Assembly (NCBI GenBank): GCA_964643685.1
Contig: CAZXTN010000001.1
Span: forward strand, 64,001-128,000
Length of the DNA stretch: 64,000 nt
From: Candidatus Micrarchaeota archaeon
GTDB taxonomy: Archaea; B1Sed10-29; JAJRYS01
Direction of reading: 5' to 3'
Below the pieces are notes generated by a model. The model made no database searches, was not told the origin of the DNA, and saw nothing but the letters and a program-made list of their open reading frames with translations. Of this stretch, positions 58,299 to 64,000 are shown piece by piece. A program made the translations under genes and the position numbers. How positions within the stretch are numbered: position 1 is the stretch's first letter; each line of letters starts with the position of its first letter.

Positions 58299-58727
58299 AT
58301 GCCAGGAGAATTCGCAGCAAAAAAACTAGCAGATGACAGGCAACACTTCAGATGGAAAGATGTAAGATACCAGAAAAGAAAAAGAAGAGAAAGACACAAG
58401 GATACAGACCCATTAGAAGGAGCGCCACAAGCAAAAGGAATAGTAGTAGAAAAAAAAGGAGTAGAACAAAAACAGCCACACTCAGGAATAATAAAAGCAG
58501 TAAGAGTACAACTACTAAAAAACGGTAAGACAGTAACAGCACACGTACCAAGAGACGGAGCAATTAAATTCATAGACGAACACGACGAAGTACTAATAGA
58601 AGGACTAGGAGGCTCACAAGGAGGAGCAATAGGTTCAATGTGGGGAATCAAATACAAAGTAGTCAAAGTAAACGGAGTATCACTAGAAGAACTGAGAAAA
58701 GGAAAGAAAGAAAAAGCAAAAAGGTAA
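58299..58727 (+). CDS. rps12: 30S ribosomal protein S12 (uS12)
   Basis: [29 protein letters not shown]. Confidence 0.96.
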   Translation: MPGEFAAKKLADDRQHFRWKDVRYQKRKRRERHKDTDPLEGAPQAKGIVVEKKGVEQKQPHSGIIKAVRVQLLKNGKTVTAHVPRDGAIKFIDEHDEVLIEGLGGSQGGAIGSMWGIKYKVVKVNGVSLEELRKGKKEKAKR

Positions 58728-58754
58728 GTAACTAAAAAAAGGAAAGGATGACAA

Positions 58755-59360
58755 ATGACACAACATGAACTCATATTCGGAAAATGGGAATCAAAAGCAA
58801 AAATAACAGACCCTGGAATAAGAAGATACTTGAATCTCGACGCAAGAATAGTGCTACACAATCAAGGAAGACACGCTAAAAAAACATTCGGAAAAACAAA
58901 AGTCCACATAGTAGAAAGACTCATAAACTCCTTAATGAGAGGAGGAACAGGCAGAAAAATAGGCGGAAAAGTAATCAGAGGCAGAGGAGGAACAGGAAAA
59001 AAAACAAAAATGCATGAAATAACAAAAAAAGCCTTTGAAATAATACACACAAAAACAAAACAAAACCCAGTAGAAGTGCTAGTAAAAGCAATAGAAAACG
59101 CTGCTCCAAGAGAAGAAACAACAAGAGTAAAATACGGAGGAGCAATCCAACACTTACCAGTAGACATAGCACCACAAAGAAGAATCGACTTCGCATTAAG
59201 AAACATTGCAAGAGCAGTGGCAATAAAATCATTCGACACCAAAAAAACAGCAGAAGAAGCACTAGCAGAAGAACTAATCCTAGCTTCAAAAAACGAGCCA
59301 AGCTCAAACGCAATAGCAAAAAAAATAGAAGTTGAAAGAATAGCAAAATCAAGCAGGTAA
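58755..59360 (+). CDS. rps7: 30S ribosomal protein S7 (uS7)
   Basis: AIENAAPREETT, VDIAPQRR, ERIAKSSR. Confidence 0.96.
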   Translation: MTQHELIFGKWESKAKITDPGIRRYLNLDARIVLHNQGRHAKKTFGKTKVHIVERLINSLMRGGTGRKIGGKVIRGRGGTGKKTKMHEITKKAFEIIHTKTKQNPVEVLVKAIENAAPREETTRVKYGGAIQHLPVDIAPQRRIDFALRNIARAVAIKSFDTKKTAEEALAEELILASKNEPSSNAIAKKIEVERIAKSSR

Positions 59361-59421
59361 AACTAAAAAAAAACAACAAAAACATGATTTTTCAAATTAA
59401 AAAAAAAGAGGATGTTGAATT

Positions 59422-61614
59422 ATGGGAAGAAAAGAACAAATGGCTGAAAAAGTGCACAAAATAATGCACGAACAAGAAAAAATAAGAAACATGGCAATAG
59501 TAGCACACATCGACCACGGAAAAACAACACTATCAGACAACTTAATAGCAGGAGCAGGCTTAATGAGCCAAGAACTAGCAGGCTCAGAAAGAGCAATGGA
59601 CTCCTACGAACTAGAAGCAGAAAGAGGAATCACAATCTTCTCAGCCAACATCTCAATGGTCTACCCATATAAAAACAACGAATACCTCGTGAACTTGATA
59701 GACACTCCAGGACACGTTGACTTCGGAGGAGGAGTAACAAGAGCAATGAGAGCAGTAGACGGAGCAATCGTCGTCGCCTGCGCAGTAGAAGGAGTAATGC
59801 CACAAACAGAAACAGTACTAAGACAAGCACTAAAAGAAAAAGTAAAACCAGTGCTATACATAAACAAAGTAGACAGGGCAATAAATGAACTGCAAATAAG
59901 CCCAGAAGAATTACAAAAAAGATTCGTCAAAATCATAGCAAAAGTAAACAACTTAATAAAAAAATACGCCATCGGCGACTTGAAAGAAAAATGGCAAGTC
60001 AGCGTAAAAGACGGTTCAGTTGCATTCGGAAGCGCTTACCACAACTGGGCATTATCAGCACCAGTAATGCAAGAAACAGGAATAGGATTCAAAGAAGTAT
60101 ACGAACACTGCCAAAACGACACACAAAAAGAACTAGCTAAAAAAATACCAGGATACAAGGCAATCCTAGACATGGCAATAAAACACCTACCAAACCCAAT
60201 AGAAGCACAAAAATACAGAATACCAAACATATGGGCAGGAGACAAAGAATCAGAGATAGGAAAAGACATGCTAACATGCAACAAAAACGGAAAAACAGCT
60301 TTAATGATAACAAGCATATCAATAGACCCACAAGCAGGAGAAATAGCAACAGCAAGAGTCTACTCAGGAACCTTGAAAAAAGGACAAAAACTACATTTAA
60401 TAAACTCAGTAAGAGACGCTGCAATACAACAAATAGGAATATACATGAACGACGGAAGAATCCAAGTACCAGACATACCAGCTGGAAACATAGCAGCAAT
60501 AATAGGATTAAAAGACGCATTCGCAGGAGAAACAGCAGCAGAAGAAAAAATAGAACCATTCGAATCAATCAAACACTACTCAGAACCAGTAGTCACAAAA
60601 TCAATCGAAGCAAAAAACCCAAAAGACCTGCCAAAACTAATAGAAGCATTAAGACAAGTAGCAAAAGAAGACCCAACAGTAAAAGTGCAAATCAACGAAG
60701 AAACAGGAGAACACCTCCTATCAGGAATGGGAGAACTCCACTTAGAAATACTTGAACACGTAATAAGAAAAGACAAAGGAGTAGACATTGAAACATCAAA
60801 CCCAATCGTAGTATACAGAGAAAGCTCAAACAAACTAGGAGACGAAGTAGAAGGAAAATCACCAAACAAACACAACAAATTCTACCTAACAGCAGAACCA
60901 CTCTCAGACAACATATACAACGCAATAGTAGAAGGTGAAATACCAGAAGGAAAAATCAAAAACCCAAAAGAACTAGCAGAAAAACTAAGAAACTTAGGAA
61001 TGGACAAAGACCAAGCAAAAAAAGTATGGCACGTTTACAACCATTGCATGATAATAGACGTTTCAAAAGGAGTACAAAACCTGCATGAAACAAGAGAACT
61101 AGTGATACAAGCATTCAAAGAAGCAATGGACGCAGGGCCACTAGCAAAAGAAAAATGCACAAAAGTACTAATCAAACTACACGACGCAGTCCTACACGAA
61201 GACGCAGTACACAGAGGACCATCACAAGTAATACCAGCAGTAAAAAGAGCAATACTCGCAGCAATACTAAAATCAGACGCAGTGCTCCTAGAACCAAAGC
61301 AAAAACTATTCATCTCAGTACCACAGGATTACATGGGAGCAGTTACAAACGACATACAAGGAAGAAGAGGACAAATCCTCGAAATGAACCAAGAAGAAGA
61401 CGCACTAACAATCCAAGCAAAAGTACCAGTAGCAGAAATGTTCGGATTCGCAGCAGCAATCAGATCAACAACACAAGGAAGAGCACTCTGGTCAACAGAA
61501 TACGCTGGATTTGAAAAAGTACCAAAACAACTGCAACCTCAAATAATAAAACAAATCAGAGAAAGGAAGGGACTAAAACCAGAACCACCAACAGCACAAG
61601 ACTTCCTATCATAA
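59422..61614 (+). CDS. fusA: Translation elongation factor EF-2
   Basis: [17 protein letters not shown], diphthamide loop HEDAVHRG. Confidence 0.98.
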   Translation: MGRKEQMAEKVHKIMHEQEKIRNMAIVAHIDHGKTTLSDNLIAGAGLMSQELAGSERAMDSYELEAERGITIFSANISMVYPYKNNEYLVNLIDTPGHVDFGGGVTRAMRAVDGAIVVACAVEGVMPQTETVLRQALKEKVKPVLYINKVDRAINELQISPEELQKRFVKIIAKVNNLIKKYAIGDLKEKWQVSVKDGSVAFGSAYHNWALSAPVMQETGIGFKEVYEHCQNDTQKELAKKIPGYKAILDMAIKHLPNPIEAQKYRIPNIWAGDKESEIGKDMLTCNKNGKTALMITSISIDPQAGEIATARVYSGTLKKGQKLHLINSVRDAAIQQIGIYMNDGRIQVPDIPAGNIAAIIGLKDAFAGETAAEEKIEPFESIKHYSEPVVTKSIEAKNPKDLPKLIEALRQVAKEDPTVKVQINEETGEHLLSGMGELHLEILEHVIRKDKGVDIETSNPIVVYRESSNKLGDEVEGKSPNKHNKFYLTAEPLSDNIYNAIVEGEIPEGKIKNPKELAEKLRNLGMDKDQAKKVWHVYNHCMIIDVSKGVQNLHETRELVIQAFKEAMDAGPLAKEKCTKVLIKLHDAVLHEDAVHRGPSQVIPAVKRAILAAILKSDAVLLEPKQKLFISVPQDYMGAVTNDIQGRRGQILEMNQEEDALTIQAKVPVAEMFGFAAAIRSTTQGRALWSTEYAGFEKVPKQLQPQIIKQIRERKGLKPEPPTAQDFLS

Positions 61615-61657
61615 AAATAATATTAACATATGTTATAAAAAAACGGAGGTAAAAGCC

Positions 61658-62929
<1,272 letters not shown>

Positions 62930-62940
62930 AAAACCCATGA

Positions 62941-62968
62941 AAAGGAGGTTATTTAAACCTCCTCTTTC
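62941..62968. terminator. Hairpin between tuf and rps10 (possible terminator or processing site)
   Basis: AGGAGGTT-ATTTA-AACCTCCT inverted repeat followed by CTTT. Confidence 0.4.
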
Positions 62969-63014
62969 AAAAAAAATAAACACTTAAAAAAAATAAACCG
63001 GTGAAAAAAACAAC

Positions 63015-63329
63015 ATGAGCCAAATAGCAAGCATAAAACTAGTAAGCCCAGAATACACAAAACTACAGAAAGTAAGCGAAGAAATAAAAGACATAGCTAA
63101 AAGAACAGGCGCAAAAGTAAAAGGGCCAATACCACTGCCAACAAAAAAACTAGTCATACCAACAATGAAATCACCATGCGGAGACGGCTCAAAAACATGG
63201 GAAAAATGGCAAATGAGAGTACACAAAAGACTCATCAACATCGTAGCAGACGAAAGAACACTAAGACAAATAATGAGAATACAAGTCCCAGACCAAGTGC
63301 ACATCGAAATTGAACTAAAATCAGAATAA
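63015..63329 (+). CDS. rps10: 30S ribosomal protein S10 (uS10)
   Basis: KGPIPLPTK, KSPCGDGSKTWEKWQMRVHKRLI. Confidence 0.97.
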   Translation: MSQIASIKLVSPEYTKLQKVSEEIKDIAKRTGAKVKGPIPLPTKKLVIPTMKSPCGDGSKTWEKWQMRVHKRLINIVADERTLRQIMRIQVPDQVHIEIELKSE

Positions 63330-63380
63330 AAAAAAACACAAACTAATTCTTTAAAAAAACAGAAAAGAACAAGCTAATTC

Positions 63381-63388
63381 TTTATAAA
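63381..63388 (+). promoter_or_regulatory. Putative TATA box of tRNA-Ser
   Basis: TTTATAAA about 30 nt upstream of the tRNA 5' end. Confidence 0.5.
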
Positions 63389-63418
63389 CTTCAAATAACA
63401 TTTAGTATTAACATCAAT

Positions 63419-63546
63419 GCAGAGGTGGCAGAGTGGTAATGCGCTGGTTCACTTTCGCTCGGCGAAATGAACGACTGAACGGAGTGAGGCGAGTCTTGAA
63501 AACCAGTGTCCTCCGGGGCGCTAGGGTTCAAATCCCTACCTCTGCG
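63419..63546 (+). tRNA. tRNA-Ser(TGA) with anticodon-stem intron (30/31) at 63448-63493
   Basis: GCAGAGG/CCTCTGC, CTGG^T-CT-TGA-AA-ACCAG, long variable arm, BHB helix CGCT/GGCG. Confidence 0.9.
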
Positions 63547-63661
63547 CTTTACTTTTATAATTTTACAGATTAAGTTGGTTACAAAATGAAATCAATCGCA
63601 AATAAAAGACATGAAGGCTCAAACTTTCATTTTTTATCTGTGAAAATGGATGGTTAAAAAA

Positions 63662-64000
63662 ATGAAATACGAGTTGTTCAGAACATTTTTGAAAATCTGC
63701 AGGCACGAGTTTCCATTAGTAGGCGCAACTGCAATAATAACAAACAAGAAAAAAGAAGTGCTGTTAAGTAGAAGGAAAAAAAGCGGGTTGTTTTATCCTG
63801 GTTATTGGAACCTCCCAGGGGGCTTGATTGAAATAGGAGAAACAGCAACAAAAGCCCTTAAAAGAGAAGTAAAAGAAGAGATAGGAGTAGACATAAAAGT
63901 GAAAAAATACACTGGAAGGTATTATGAAAAAAATTTAATTAGAAACAAGAAAATATATTCTACAATTACCCTTCCTTTCTACGCAGAGATAATAAGAGGA
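63662..64000 (+). CDS. NUDIX hydrolase, 3'-truncated by window edge
   Basis: Hand translation gives WNLPGGLIEIGETATKALKREVKEEIG (Nudix box). Absent from the ORF track because no stop lies in the window. Confidence 0.9.
   Translation, partial: MKYELFRTFLKICRHEFPLVGATAIITNKKKEVLLSRRKKSGLFYPGYWNLPGGLIEIGETATKALKREVKEEIGVDIKVKKYTGRYYEKNLIRNKKIYSTITLPFYAEIIRG

Overview
This window comes from a low-GC archaeal chromosome. Gene content and tRNA architecture suggest a DPANN-type lineage such as Micrarchaeota or Iainarchaeota, which is inference only. 1-25 kb is a large cell-surface locus: type IV pilus-like machinery (TadC/GspF-type platform proteins, a VirB11/CpaF-type ATPase, 7 class III signal-peptide proteins plus an eighth candidate at 25613), an archaeosortase-like enzyme, and two giant exported proteins of 1451 and 2050 aa. 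25-31 kb holds eight tandem small membrane proteins in two paralogous families, two coiled-coil proteins and a HerA/VirB4-like protein with a destroyed Walker A motif. 31-45 kb is housekeeping (PolB, MetAP, Trm5-like, Trm11-like, PEP synthase and others). 50-63 kb is the rpoH-rpoB''-rpoB'-rpoA'-rpoA''-L30e-nusA-S12-S7-EF2-EF1a-S10 superoperon. Reading by hand found 15 tRNA genes. Thirteen carry 19 introns in total, 13 of them at non-canonical sites, and two genes have three introns each. Several tRNA genes are flanked by duplicated exon fragments that stop at or near intron positions. A dispersed four-hairpin repeat with compensatory base changes follows two tRNAs and one CDS and shares sequence with the introns and relics. 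This suggests small palindromic elements colonising tRNA genes and being turned into BHB introns. All assignments were made by eye, and no database searches were run.
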